From contig CAVSLX010000019.1 in NCBI GenBank assembly GCA_963728735.1, positions 12,613 to 76,612 of the forward strand: 64,000 nucleotides of DNA, in the 5' to 3' direction. Shown here one piece after another: positions 53,824-64,000 of this stretch. The notes beneath the pieces were generated by a model. It searched no databases, was not told the DNA's origin, and worked only from the letters and a program-made list of their open reading frames with translations. The stretch comes from an uncultured Actinomycetes bacterium. GTDB lineage: Bacteria; Actinomycetota; UBA4738; HRBIN12. The position numbers and the translations under genes are program-made. Numbering within the stretch: position 1 is the first letter of the stretch; each line of letters starts with the position of its first letter.

Positions 53824-55248
53824 TTACGCGATGAGGCCCCGGACGAAGTACCAGACGAAGATCGCCGACGCCAGGTACATCAGCGGGTGCACCTTCGTCG
53901 GCTTCCCCTGCAACACGCGGATCGTGGTGTACGCGACGAACCCGGCGCCGATCCCGTTCGCGATCGAATACGTGAACGGCATGATCGTCATCGTCAGCAG
54001 CGCAGGGATCCCGATCGCGGGGTCGCGCCAGTCGATCTCGCCGATCGAGCGCATCATGAAGTAGCCGACGATCACGAGCACCGGTGCGGTCGCCTCCGGC
54101 GGGATCACGCCGGCGAGCGGCGAGATGAACAGGCAGAGCAGGAACAGCCCCCCGGTCACCACGGCCGTGAGGCCGGTGCGGCCGCCCTCGCCGATCCCGG
54201 CGGCGCTCTCGATGAACGTGGTGTTGGACGACGCCGACGCCGCGCCGCCGGCCGCCGCCGCGAGCGAGTCGACGAGCAGCACCCGGTTCATGTTCGGGAG
54301 CCTCCCGTCGCGGTCGAGGAGGTTCGCCTCCTCGCCGAGGGCGACCGCCGTGCCCATCGTGTCGAAGAAGTCCGACAGCATGACGGCGATCAGCGGCGCC
54401 AGCGCCGCGACGACGCCGAGCGTCGAGAAGAAGCCCAGAGAGAAGTTGCCGACGAGGGAGAAGTCCGGTGTCGCGACCACGTCGTCGGGCACCGTGGCGA
54501 CGCCCGTCTCACCCCACAGGAGCGCGTCGCCCCAGATCTCGTTGATCGCGATCGCGACGACGGTTGTGACCAGGATGCCGAGCAGCAATCCGCCGCGGAC
54601 GCCGCGCACGACCATGATCGAGGTCAGCGCGAGCCCGAGCGCGAACACGAGCATGTTGAAGGTCGTGAAATCGTGGGTGAGCGTGACCGGCGTGCCCTCC
54701 CCCTGCACGACGATGCCGGCGTTCACGAGGCCGATGATCACCAGGAACAACCCGATGCCGATGCCGATCGCACGCTTGAGATCCATCGGGATCGCGTTCA
54801 TGACGGCTTGGCGGAACCCGGTGAGCACGAGGGCGGCGATCACGAGACCCTCGACCACGATCACGCCCATCGCCTCGGGCCACGACAGCCCCAAGGCGCC
54901 CACGAGCGTGAACGCCACGAACCCGTTCAGCCCGAGCCCCGAGGCGAGCGCGAACGGGACGTTGGCCCACAGCCCCATGACGATCGTCGCCACCCCGGCC
55001 ACGAGCGCCGTCACGGTCAGGACCTGCTCGAACGGCAGCGTCGCCCCCGTGCCGTCGGCGACGGAGCCGAGGATCAGCGGGTTGAGGAACAAGATGTAGG
55101 CCATCGTGAGCCACGTGGCCACGCCGGCGACGATCTCGGTGCGCACCGTGGAGCCGCGCTCCGTGATGCGGAAGTAGCGATCCAGACCAGCGCCGCCGCC
55201 CGACGCCTCGGGCAGACGGACCTTTCGGTCGTGCTCGGTCCTCGCCAT
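53824..55248 (-). CDS. NCS2-family purine (adenine/guanine/hypoxanthine, AzgA-like) permease
   Basis: LDRYFRITERGSTVRTEIVAGVATWLTMAYILFLNP, SNTTFIESAAGIGEGGRTGLT. ATG at 55248. Confidence 0.85.
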   Translation of the reverse strand: MARTEHDRKVRLPEASGGGAGLDRYFRITERGSTVRTEIVAGVATWLTMAYILFLNPLILGSVADGTGATLPFEQVLTVTALVAGVATIVMGLWANVPFALASGLGLNGFVAFTLVGALGLSWPEAMGVIVVEGLVIAALVLTGFRQAVMNAIPMDLKRAIGIGIGLFLVIIGLVNAGIVVQGEGTPVTLTHDFTTFNMLVFALGLALTSIMVVRGVRGGLLLGILVTTVVAIAINEIWGDALLWGETGVATVPDDVVATPDFSLVGNFSLGFFSTLGVVAALAPLIAVMLSDFFDTMGTAVALGEEANLLDRDGRLPNMNRVLLVDSLAAAAGGAASASSNTTFIESAAGIGEGGRTGLTAVVTGGLFLLCLFISPLAGVIPPEATAPVLVIVGYFMMRSIGEIDWRDPAIGIPALLTMTIMPFTYSIANGIGAGFVAYTTIRVLQGKPTKVHPLMYLASAIFVWYFVRGLIA

Positions 55249-55403
55249 GCACCCCCCCTGCGAACGAGCCGGCGACCGAGGGTGCCGGCGACCCCGGGGA
55301 AGGTGGCCCGAGCATATGGAGGGACCTGAGGCGGCGCAACCGTTGCCCTTGGGTAAGCTTGCCGCCCGATGCGGCCGTTCGATGTGGAAGGAGCACCGAC
55401 CCC

Positions 55404-56186
55404 GTGAGCGACCGCGACCCGAGCCGCCGACCCACGAAGGCGGAACGCAAGGAGCAGGCCCGCCTCGAGCGCGACGCGATCCGCCAGCAGATGCAGCGGC
55501 GCAAGCGCAGCCGCACGATCGGCACCGTCCTCGTGGTCCTCGCGCTCGTCGCCGTGGTCGTCGTGCTGTTCGCACTTCCGTCATCGGATGACCCTGCGTC
55601 GGACCTTCCGACCCCCGAGGTGCTCCTCGAACAAGCGGCGGCGCAGGCGGACGCGGCATCCTGCGAGGACGTGAGGACGATCGAGCCGTACGGAACCGAT
55701 GACCAGACCCACATCGGCGCGCCGCCGTTCACGGAGCTCCCGGATCTGTCGACCTATCCGTCGACGCCGCCGACCTCGGGGCCGCACGACGGCACCGGCA
55801 CGCTGCCCGCGGGGATCTACGACTCGCCGCCGCCGATGGGGCGGCTCCTTCACTCCCTCGAGCACGGGGGCACGGTGATCTGGTACGAACCCGCGGCGCC
55901 GAGCGCCGAGATCCAGCGGATCAAGGACTTCTACGCACAGGACGTGGGCGACGTCGCGGCGGGGCAGGACCGCGTGATCATCGCCCCGTACGACTACGAG
56001 GCCCAGGACGGAGCGGGGCAGCTCCCGGCAGGAACCCAGATGGCGCTCGTCTCGTGGCATCGCCTCCAGACGTGCGCCGACCCGAGCCTGGCCGTCGCGC
56101 TCGACTTCACATCGCGGTTCTCGTTCCCGGCCGCCCTCGGTCGCGAGTACGAGGGAGAGGCGCCCGAGCCGGGGGGCCAGATGTGA
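55404..56186 (+). CDS. DUF3105 domain membrane-anchored protein
   Basis: Basic N-terminus, one TM segment, PPTSGPH and HSLEHGGTVIWY motifs. GTG follows GGAAGGAG. Confidence 0.7.
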   Translation: MSDRDPSRRPTKAERKEQARLERDAIRQQMQRRKRSRTIGTVLVVLALVAVVVVLFALPSSDDPASDLPTPEVLLEQAAAQADAASCEDVRTIEPYGTDDQTHIGAPPFTELPDLSTYPSTPPTSGPHDGTGTLPAGIYDSPPPMGRLLHSLEHGGTVIWYEPAAPSAEIQRIKDFYAQDVGDVAAGQDRVIIAPYDYEAQDGAGQLPAGTQMALVSWHRLQTCADPSLAVALDFTSRFSFPAALGREYEGEAPEPGGQM

Positions 56187-56217
56187 GCCGTGGGTCCACG
56201 CCGATGACGAACGGAAC

Positions 56218-57042
56218 GTGATGGCGAACAAGAAGCGGAAACGACCTCGCAACCGACCTCGGGCCGCAGCACCGTCGCCGCACGGATCCAGGCCCGATGC
56301 CGCGCCGGCGACCGAGCGTTCGGGGCCGGCGCGCGGCGAGCCCTCACCCGCGCGGGGTGGGGCGAACCCGGCGCGGCGCGAACGCAAAGAGGAGGCGCGT
56401 GCGGCGCGCGAGCGCGCGCGCAAGCAGGTGGCGAGGCGGAACGCGACCCGTCGCGCGGTCGTGCTCATCGTGATCAGCGTGGTCGCCCTCGGCGCGTTCT
56501 ACGTGTTGAACCGAGCCGCGAGCCCGGGCTCGCTCACCGACGAGGTCGCGGCGCTCGCCGCCGCCGACGGCTGCTCCGACGTCACCCTGCCGGCCGACGA
56601 CGCGCCCGGTGGCCTGCACCTCGCCGAGGACGAGTCGGCGAACTACACGCAGCGGCCCGCGACGTCGGGGTTCCACGCTCCTTCGACGCTCGGCACGGAG
56701 CAGAAGGTGTTCACCGAGGCGGTGCGCGAGGAGAACGCCGTGCATACCTTGGAGCACGGCGGCGTGCTGCTCTACTACCGCACCGAGGGAGAGGGCTCGG
56801 TCGGCCAGGACGTGATCGACCGCCTCGCCGCGTTCGCCGAGACCAAGACGGCCGTCTTCGTCTCCCCGCACGCGAACCTCGAGGAGGGTGATTCGCTCGC
56901 CTTCGCCGCGTGGAACACGCTCATGGCGTGCCCCGCCGGCGTGAGTGCCGACGACGCCGCCACGATCGCCAGAGGGTTCAGCGAGGCGTTCGAATGCACG
57001 TCGAGGGCGCCCGAGGCGAACATCTCGTCCGAGTGCAACTGA
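56218..57042 (+). CDS. DUF3105 domain membrane-anchored protein (tandem paralogue)
   Basis: Basic N-terminus, one TM segment, PATSGFH and HTLEHGGVLLYY motifs. Confidence 0.7.
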   Translation: MMANKKRKRPRNRPRAAAPSPHGSRPDAAPATERSGPARGEPSPARGGANPARRERKEEARAARERARKQVARRNATRRAVVLIVISVVALGAFYVLNRAASPGSLTDEVAALAAADGCSDVTLPADDAPGGLHLAEDESANYTQRPATSGFHAPSTLGTEQKVFTEAVREENAVHTLEHGGVLLYYRTEGEGSVGQDVIDRLAAFAETKTAVFVSPHANLEEGDSLAFAAWNTLMACPAGVSADDAATIARGFSEAFECTSRAPEANISSECN

Positions 57043-57059
57043 CGTCGGCGGCGATCAGC

Positions 57060-58834
57060 TCACGACGCAGGGATCGCCCTGGGGACACTCGATCTGTCCG
57101 TACTCGAAGGTGGCGCGCAGCCCCCCACCTGAAAGCTTGCGGACCCGATCCGTCGGGAAGCCGAGCGCTCCCTCGGGGCCTTTCCTGTCGAGGTAGGTCG
57201 AGCACACGGCCCCACAGCGCATGCGCGCCGACGCCCCCTTCTGAGTAGATCCGTCCGCGCTCGAAGGTCATCCGGCGCACCCGACGCAGTCGATCGCGCG
57301 GCGCAGGCCGCCGTCGAGGTCGACGACATCGCGAGGTCGGGAGGCCGAGGACGCCTCGCGGCCGGCGCCGACCTCGTCGTATTCGCGGAAGAAGGCGCCC
57401 TGCAGCCAGATCGTGAGCCTTCGTCGTCGTTGTGGAAGATGCCTCCGGTCGCGAAGAGCTGCTGGCGACCGCGTTCCACGACGATCTGCTTGGACGTCGC
57501 GAAGCCCGGGCTCGCAGCCCAGGGCGTCGTATCGCTCGCGGATCGGCCCGGCGACGATGTTGCGGTCGCTGTTGATCCACACGCGGGTGTCGGGCAGCCC
57601 GAGCCGGCCGCGCGGAGCTCGGTCCCCTCGACGCGGTGCGCCGTCCGTCGACGCCGATCAGGACCGCCGTGACGATCCGCCCCGAGCGCCCGCGGCCGAT
57701 CGGTCCGAAGATCGCGGAGCCGGCCGATCGATCGCGTCGACGGCCGGAGCCGCTGAGGTGAGGGTCGTCGGCGCTGAATCGCGACCTTCCAGTCGTGCCA
57801 CGGGTTGCCGGCGGTCGACTCGCCCGGGTCGCACACGCCGCGTGAGCCAGGGGATGCGAATACGCGTCGTTGCCCGCCGTGCCACACGTCCTCGACGTTC
57901 TCGGAATGGCCGCCGTCGGAGGCCGCGTAGAACGCCTGGATCACCGTGCCGTTGAACGTGACGGCCTTGCCGGCGGTGTCGCGCACGGCGCATGACCCAG
58001 CGGGCCCGCCGGCGCGCCCTCGTGGGAGTACCCCTTGTAGACCTGATCGCCGGCGCCGTCGGTCGAGATGGCAGTCGCAGCCCGCGCGCGGACCGCCCTG
58101 CGCGCGGATCGTCGCCGCGGCGTAGGACCGGGCGGCAACCGCCTGGGCGCGCAGCGCCTCGAGCGGCCAGGACGTCGGAACCTCGGCCAGGCCGTAGAGG
58201 TACTCCTCGAACCCGACCGAGACGATCACCCGTTCGCGCACCCACCCGCGCACGCGTAGAGGTCGAACTCGAGATGACCGCGGCTGTACTCGAAACCTCG
58301 CCCAGATCGAGTCGGCCTCCGGCACGAACACGCGGGCGCCGTTGTCCTCGTAGGTCGCGACGAGATGCCGGCTCGGGCCGCCCCACGTCCGTCCACCGAC
58401 GAGCCTGCCCGACGCCGTCCGGACCGCGTAGGCGTGGCCCGTGCGGTCACGGTCCAGGTCTTGTCGCCGAGGGATCGCGCCGATCGGTGCGCCCGTGAAC
58501 GGGTCGCCGACCCAGAGCCGGACCCGGCCGCCTGCGCGCCTTCAGGTGGACCGTCGTACGACCGGACGCGGATCTCGACGCGGATCGCTCCGCGGGAGGT
58601 CACCGCTCCGCTCGACATGGTGCCCCGGTAGAAATGCGTCGAGGATCCGTCCTCGTGGTTCCAGCCCATCCGCGCGAGTCCGTGGGCGCCCCATTGCGAC
58701 ATGCCGAGGCCGTGACCGTAGCCGGAGCCGAAGAAGGTGAAGCTCGACGCGGCGCCGGCGGTCGGCGCGGAAGCCAGGAGGGCGGCGACGAGCGCCGCCG
58801 CGACGACGAGCGAGACAAGATCCTCGACGGTCAC
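57060..58834 (-). pseudogene. SpoIID/LytB-domain protein with C-terminal LGFP-like repeats, many frame switches
   Basis: FFGSGYGHGLGMSQWGAHGLA, EEYLYGLAEVPTSWPLEALRAQAVAARSYA, FYAASDGGHSENVEDVW. C-terminal fragments IRERYDALG, FERGRIYSEGGVGAHALWG. Confidence 0.7.
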
Positions 58835-59964
58835 GGTGGGTCCCCCCGACGGCGTTGGGCACCCTCGCCCATCGACGGCGCCGGCCGCTGAGGCCGACGT
58901 TGAGCGGCCTCGGGGTCGGCATGGCACGGCCCGGAAGCGCCATCGGCGTGTCGGCGCCGAGCCGTCGCGTCGCCTCGAGCGCGAGCCCGTCGCCCACGCG
59001 CGCCCCGGCGCCCGAGGACGCAGCCGACGAGGGTCGCCCCGTCCCCGACCCGCGCGCCGGGGCCGACGATCGTCCGCAGCAGGCGCGCGCCGGCGGCGAC
59101 CGCGGCGCCCGGGTGCAGCACGGAGTCGTCGACCTGGGCGCCCGGCCCCGACGCGGGCCTCCGGCGCCGACGGCGACCCATCGACCGAGATGCGAGCGCA
59201 GGTCGACGTCGGCCGTCGGGTGGACCCAGGGCTGCCGGGTAGCTCGACGCCCGCGACCCGGCCCGCCAGCAGGTCGAGATGCGCCTGCAGGTACTTCTCC
59301 GGCGTCCCAGGTCGATCCAGTACGCGTCGGCGAGGTAGCCCGAAGACCGGCTTGCCGGCGTCGATCACCGCGGGGAAGATCTCGCGCTCGATCGAGATCT
59401 CCTCGCTCCGGCGACCCACGAGCGAGCGCCGCCGGGTCGAGCAGGTAGGTCCCCGCGTTGACGTCACCCGGCACGCGCGTCCGCCGGCTTCTCGCGGAAG
59501 GCCGTCACCCGACCGCCGGCGTCGGTGTCGACGAGGCCGAAGGCTCGCGCGTCGTCGACGTGGTGCAGCGCGATCGTGACCTCGGCCGCGTCGAGCCGAT
59601 GCGACGCGAGCATCGCGCGACAGGTCGAGGTCGGTGCAGGATGTCGCCGTTCAGCGCGAAGAACGGGTCGTCGCCCGAGCGCGTCGAGGGCGTGCACGAT
59701 CGCGCCGCCGGTCCCGAGCGGCTCGTGCTCGGTGATCCAGGTGATCGCGCGGTTCGCCCCGACGCGCCTGCGATGAACGGATGGAACGCCTGCCTCCAGG
59801 TACGGCGACGACATGACGACCTCGTGGACGCCGTGGCGTACGAGCCGGTCGAGCGTGTGGTCGAGGGCCGGGCGGTCCACGAGGGGCAGCAGCTCCTTCT
59901 TGACCGTCTCGGTGAGCGGACGAAGGCGCGTGCCGAACCCCCCGACCAGCACGACCGCCTTCAT
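58831..59964 (-). pseudogene. NDP-sugar (mannose-1-phosphate guanylyltransferase-like) pyrophosphorylase, many frame switches
   Basis: MKAVVLVGGFGTRLRPLTETVKKELLP, EPLGTGGAI, left-handed beta-helix fragments. Both ends overlap neighbours by 4 nt (ATGA, GTGA). Confidence 0.7.
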
Positions 59965-60849
59965 CGGCCGCGATCCTCCTCGGCAGCCATGCGATCTCGG
60001 CGCGCAGCCGCAGGGCCGCCCAGGCGACGGGAAGCGTCAGCCGCCGCCAGCCCGCCGCCCGATGCTTGGCGGTAGTACCGGTACACGCTCGGTGAATGCA
60101 TCACGACGATCTGCGCGGCGATGCGGCCCGTCGACACGCCGATCTCGTGCAACACCTCGACCTCGGGCGTGAACACGCACGCGTCCAGCCCGCCGCCTGC
60201 AGCCGCGTCGCGATGTCGAGCTCCTCGGCGTAGAGCGGGAACCCCTCGTCGAACCCGCCGACCTCGTCGAAGGCCTCGCGTGGGCAGCAGCATGCAGCGC
60301 CCGCAGACCCAGTCCACGACGCGCTCGGTCGTGCGGTCCCATCCGTCCATCTCGTAGCGGCGCGTGAAGGGGTTGTCGACGCGTGAACGGTGAGAGGAAC
60401 GCGTGGCCGACCGCGTCGAGCACGCTCGGGAACGTGCGCCCGCTCGGGTACGCCGACGCCGTCGGGGTTCCGGATCATCGGCCCGACGATGCCGGCGCGC
60501 GGATGCGCCGCGCCGCCCGCGACGAGGTCGGCGAGCGTGCCCGCGGAACCATTCGGTGTCGGGGTTCAGGAACAGCAGCCACGGCGCCGTCGTCTCGCGG
60601 GCGCCCTGGTTCCAGGCGGGCGAGAGGAACACGTTCGTCGGGTTCTCGATCAGGCGGGCCCACGGATGCGCCTCCGACGGCGCGGCGGTGCGATCCGTCG
60701 TGAGAGGCGTTGTCGATCACGAGCGACGTCGATCGAGACGTCGCCACGGTGGCGCTCGAGCGACGCGAGGCAGCGCTCGAGGTAGCCTCGCCGTGTTGAA
60801 GTTCACGATGACGACGGCGAGCGTCCGCGGCCGCGCGGGATCCGCTCAT
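59961..60849 (-). pseudogene. family-2 glycosyltransferase (rhamnosyltransferase WbbL-like), many frame switches
   Basis: VIDNASHDGS, LLFLNPDTE, FDEVGGFDEGFPLYAEELDIATRLQAAGW across frames. Confidence 0.6.
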
Positions 60850-61207
60850 GCGTGCGGCGTCGGGCGACGAGCACGATGCCGAGCAGATGAAGGCGACGCC
60901 GAGCCAGCGGAGCGGCGGGACCGTCTCGTGCAGGACGAGCACCGAGAACGACGACGATGAGGAGCGTAGCCGAGGGCGGCGAACGGGTAGGCGAACGACA
61001 GCGAGGCCCTCGACAGCACGAAGATCCACAGCACGGCCGAGGCCCGAACAGGGCAAGCCCGCCCCACGACCGCGAGTTCGACGATGCCGCGCATGAGCGC
61101 CCCGGCGTCGAACCGCAGGCCCCGCCCTTCGCGGCGGTGACGCGGTTCACGCCCGACTTCAAGGTCAGCTGGGCGACGCCGGCGAGCATCACCGACGCGA
61201 CGATCAA
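60846..61207 (-). pseudogene. small polytopic membrane protein (EamA/SMR-like, about 120 aa), frame switches
   Basis: LIVASVMLAGVAQLTLKSG, AVLWIFVLSRASLSFAYPFAALGYA, PPLRWLGVAFI. Start and family are tentative. Confidence 0.35.
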
Positions 61208-61284
61208 GCGATCAGCATCGTGTGGTTCGCCTTCTCCGATCGTCGTGTGGACGGTTCGCGCTCGGCCGAGGTCCGTCGGCTCGA

Positions 61285-62482
61285 TCACGGCCCCTCGACC
61301 TCCACGGTGCACGGGCATGTACACCTGATCGCGGTCGCCGCTCGCGCTGCTGCACCTCGAACGAGTACCGCTGATCCTGCACGTGATAGGTGCGCTCGTG
61401 GTCGCGCGAATGCACGCCGATCGTGACCCAGTACTTCCCCTGGATGAACGGGAGCGGGCCGAGTCGGAACCGCACGCGCTTGTTCGCCGTCGACGACGGC
61501 CGAGCGTCGACGCCGGCCGCCGGCGGTGTCGCCGCCGAAGACGAAGCGGTTCGTGCCGTCGTGCAGCGCGAACGACACGACGGGGTCCTCGATCGCCTCG
61601 TTCGCCTTGAGATCGACCTGGATGTCACGGTCGCCGCCGGGCCGCGACGGGGCCCGCGAGGGGGGCCGCGCCGCTCGAGCAGGCGCGGCGGCCGCGATCT
61701 CGATCTCCTTGGTGCCCTCCTCGTGGGCGAAGTCGAGGTCGTGTTGCAGGATCGTGAGCCGCATCTCGCGGACGACGTCGTCGGGGTCGCCGATCGCGTG
61801 CACCCGCCCGTGGTCGAGCATCACGGCCTGGTCGCAGAGCTGCCGGACGGTGTCGAGCGCGTGGCGTGACGAGCACGATCGTGCGCCCCTCGCTTCTGGA
61901 AGCCCCGCACCCGGTCGATGCAGCGCGCCTGGAACGCCTCGTCGCCGACCGCCAGGACCTCGTCGATCAAGAGCACCTCGGGGTCGACGTGCACCGCGAC
62001 CGCGAACCCGAGCCGCACGAGCATGCCGGACGAGTAGAACTTCACCGCCGTGCCCATGAAGTCCTCGAGCTCGGCGAACGCGACGACGTCGTCGTAGACG
62101 CGATCGGTGTCTCGCCGCGAGAGCCCCAGGAACGACGCGTTCAGGTAGACGTTCTCCTTGCCCGGTGAGCTCGGGATGGAAACCCGCGCCGAGCTCGAGC
62201 AGCGCGGCGATCCGTCCGCGCTGGCGGACCGCGCCCGGTCGTCGGGCGCAGGATCCCCGCGATCACCTTGAGCAGCGTGCGTCTTGCCCGACCCGTTGTG
62301 GCCGATCAGCGCGAGCGATCGCCCGATGGGCACGTCGAAGTCGACGTCGCGGAGCGCCCAGAAGTCGTCGGCGCGCGTGCGGCCGCCGACAGGACGCCGT
62401 TGCTTCAGCGAGGTCGGCTTCTCGCGGTAGATCCGGAACCGCTTCGAGACGTCGCGGACCTCGATCGCGGGACGTCGTTCAC
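61285..62482 (-). pseudogene. polysaccharide/O-antigen ABC exporter ATP-binding protein (Wzt/TagH-like, with C-terminal extension), many frame switches
   Basis: IGHNGSGKT, YSSGMLVRLGFAVAV, LLIDEVLAVGDEAFQ. C-terminal fragments LGPLPFIQGKYWVTIGVHS. The GTG overlaps the Wzm stop. Confidence 0.7.
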
Positions 62483-63323
62483 AGCTCCTCCGCGAAATCG
62501 CCGGACATCGAGAAGTAGAGCCGCCACGTCGAGCGTACGAGCAGGACCGTGCTGACGCCGACGATCACCACGGCGAGCATGCCCGCGAGCTCGGCCGACG
62601 AGAACGCGGGCAGCACGTCGCCGCGTCCGACGAGTGGTAGAGCGCCCGCTGGAAGCCGAGGACGATCGCTCGCACGGGGTTCAGCAGGTACGCCTGCCAC
62701 GCGGTGACGCCGGCGAGCGAGCACGTCGGGGAGCTCGTCCTGCACGAGCTGGCCGGGATAGACGATCGGGCGTGAGCCAGAACCACACGAGCATCCCGAG
62801 CCCGAGGAGGTGCTGGACGTCTCGGTAGCGGACGTTCAGCGCCGAGACGAGGAACGTCACGGCCGTCGTGAAGGTGAACAGCGCGACGAAGCGCCATCGG
62901 GTAGAGCCACACCGCTTCGAGGGTGAAGCCGTAGCCGGAGCCAGCAGGAACGCGAGGAGCACCGCCGACTGCAGCACGAAGTCGACCGGGCGACACGCCG
63001 ATCGTCGAGAGCGGGAGGATCTCCCGCGGGAAGTAGACCTTCTTCACCAGGTTCGCGTTCGCGATCACCGACTGCGCGCCCGAGCGAGAGCGAGACGTCA
63101 CAGGTTCCACGCGAGCAGTCCGGCGAGCAGGAACACGGGGTAGTGTGTCCACGCTGCTGCCGAGCACCACGACGACGAACGAGAAGACGGCCAGGAACAC
63201 CACCGGGTTGAGCAGTGACCACACCGCGCCGAGGACCGAGGCCGTGTACTTGACCTTCAGTTCCTTGCGGACGAGGTTCCACAGGATCTCGCGGAAGGTC
63301 CACAGCTCGCGCAGGCGCGCCAC
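62479..63323 (-). pseudogene. ABC-2 type polysaccharide exporter permease (Wzm-like), frame switches
   Basis: LWNLVRKELKVKYTASVLGAVWSLLNPVVFLAVFSFVV plus hydrophobic fragments in other frames. Confidence 0.65.
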
Positions 63324-63427
63324 GACCCGGAGGCGCGGTGGCTCGGACGTGCGTTCGGTCAGGTCGGCGGCGGTCGAGATCGGGGGCGCTCCTCGGGAGA
63401 TGAAACCCGCTGGTCAGCGGGTTGTCG

Positions 63428-64000
63428 TCACGCAGGAGCCGAGTCTAGCAACGGGGGTCGCGGCGGCCGCGCAACGCTCATGGCATTCGTTTGAAGCTCT
63501 CGAGCGCCCTCGCGTACTTCGCGCCCCAACCGCGGGCGAGGCTGCTCCTCGCCGACCCCGATCTCGACGAGCGCGCGGGCCCAGCGGGCCATCGGCGCGT
63601 CGACGGGGTCGTGAACGAGGGCAGCCGTCGTCTCGATCGCCTCGGCGTAGCCTCGCGCCGTGGCGTCGGTCTCGCGCAGCCGAGCCATGTGCGCGCGCGC
63701 TGCCTCGGCGATCCGCGCGCGACGCTCGGGCCGGTCGGCGAGCTCGCGGAAAACCTCGGCGAGCTCCGCCGGGTCGGCCGGTCCCGCCGGGATCGTCGCG
63801 ACGCTTCCCTCGGGTTCGTCCAGGTAGGCGCCGGTCGCGGAGATGACGGTCGCGCGGCCGATCTGCATCGCGCGCGCGAGCGTGCCGCTCACCTCACCCC
63901 GGTGGGGATAGCGGAGGTCGACGACGACGTCGGCGGCGGCGAGCCAGCCGAGGAAGTCCTCGTCGCTCACGTCGACATGGACCGAGGCGATCACCCAGCT
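63428..64000 (-). CDS. glycosyltransferase (GT1/GT4-like C-terminal domain), 5'-partial at the window edge
   Basis: VDLRYPHRGEVSGTLARAMQIGRATVISATGAYLDEP. The N-terminus lies beyond 64000. Confidence 0.5.
   Translation of the reverse strand, partial: SWVIASVHVDVSDEDFLGWLAAADVVVDLRYPHRGEVSGTLARAMQIGRATVISATGAYLDEPEGSVATIPAGPADPAELAEVFRELADRPERRARIAEAARAHMARLRETDATARGYAEAIETTAALVHDPVDAPMARWARALVEIGVGEEQPRPRLGREVREGARELQTNAMSVARPPRPPLLDSAPA

Noticed and set aside
55249-55403. Purine riboswitch upstream of the NCS2 purine permease
   Set aside because: I could not find the conserved junction and loop sequences of the purine aptamer. The region is GC-rich with only an RBS-like G-run.

Overview
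High-GC (about 70% by eye) actinobacterial-type chromosome segment, almost fully coding. Family calls come from motifs I recognise in the translations; no searches were run. Synteny is the conserved core neighbourhood seen in mycobacteria and streptomycetes: comF, hpf and secA; ahcY; a SIS-domain isomerase, phosphomannomutase and DUF3499; whiB; fbiC, fbiA and fbiB. Other content: a MoxR/DUF58/transglutaminase operon, an OpuC-type ABC transporter coupled to an agmatinase-family ureohydrolase and two CrtI-like flavoproteins, smpB and tmRNA, ftsE and ftsX, prfB with its programmed +1 frameshift, and a cell-wall polysaccharide cluster (NDP-sugar pyrophosphorylase, GT2, Wzm/Wzt, SpoIID-like). The most striking property is patchy reading-frame disruption. 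Three blocks (about 11978-14100, 35010-48400, 57060-63400) hold many single-base frame switches inside otherwise well-conserved genes. Long neighbouring genes (secA, the transglutaminase-like gene, the ABC operon) are intact. I read this as probable consensus indel error, but it needs checking. Coordinates of disrupted genes are approximate. Other observations: a GAAATCACA-N4-TGTGAT palindrome upstream of both whiB and the DUF3499 gene; a 14-bp x5 tandem repeat abutting an RBS; a secreted protein with an internally duplicated, unrecognised Cys-containing domain; back-to-back leaderless-type promoters between fbiC and fbiA; and a candidate guanidino or quaternary-amine catabolic locus. No CRISPR array, rRNA, tRNA, transposase or integrase was seen. 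Many long ORFs in the track are antisense or out-of-frame artefacts of high GC.
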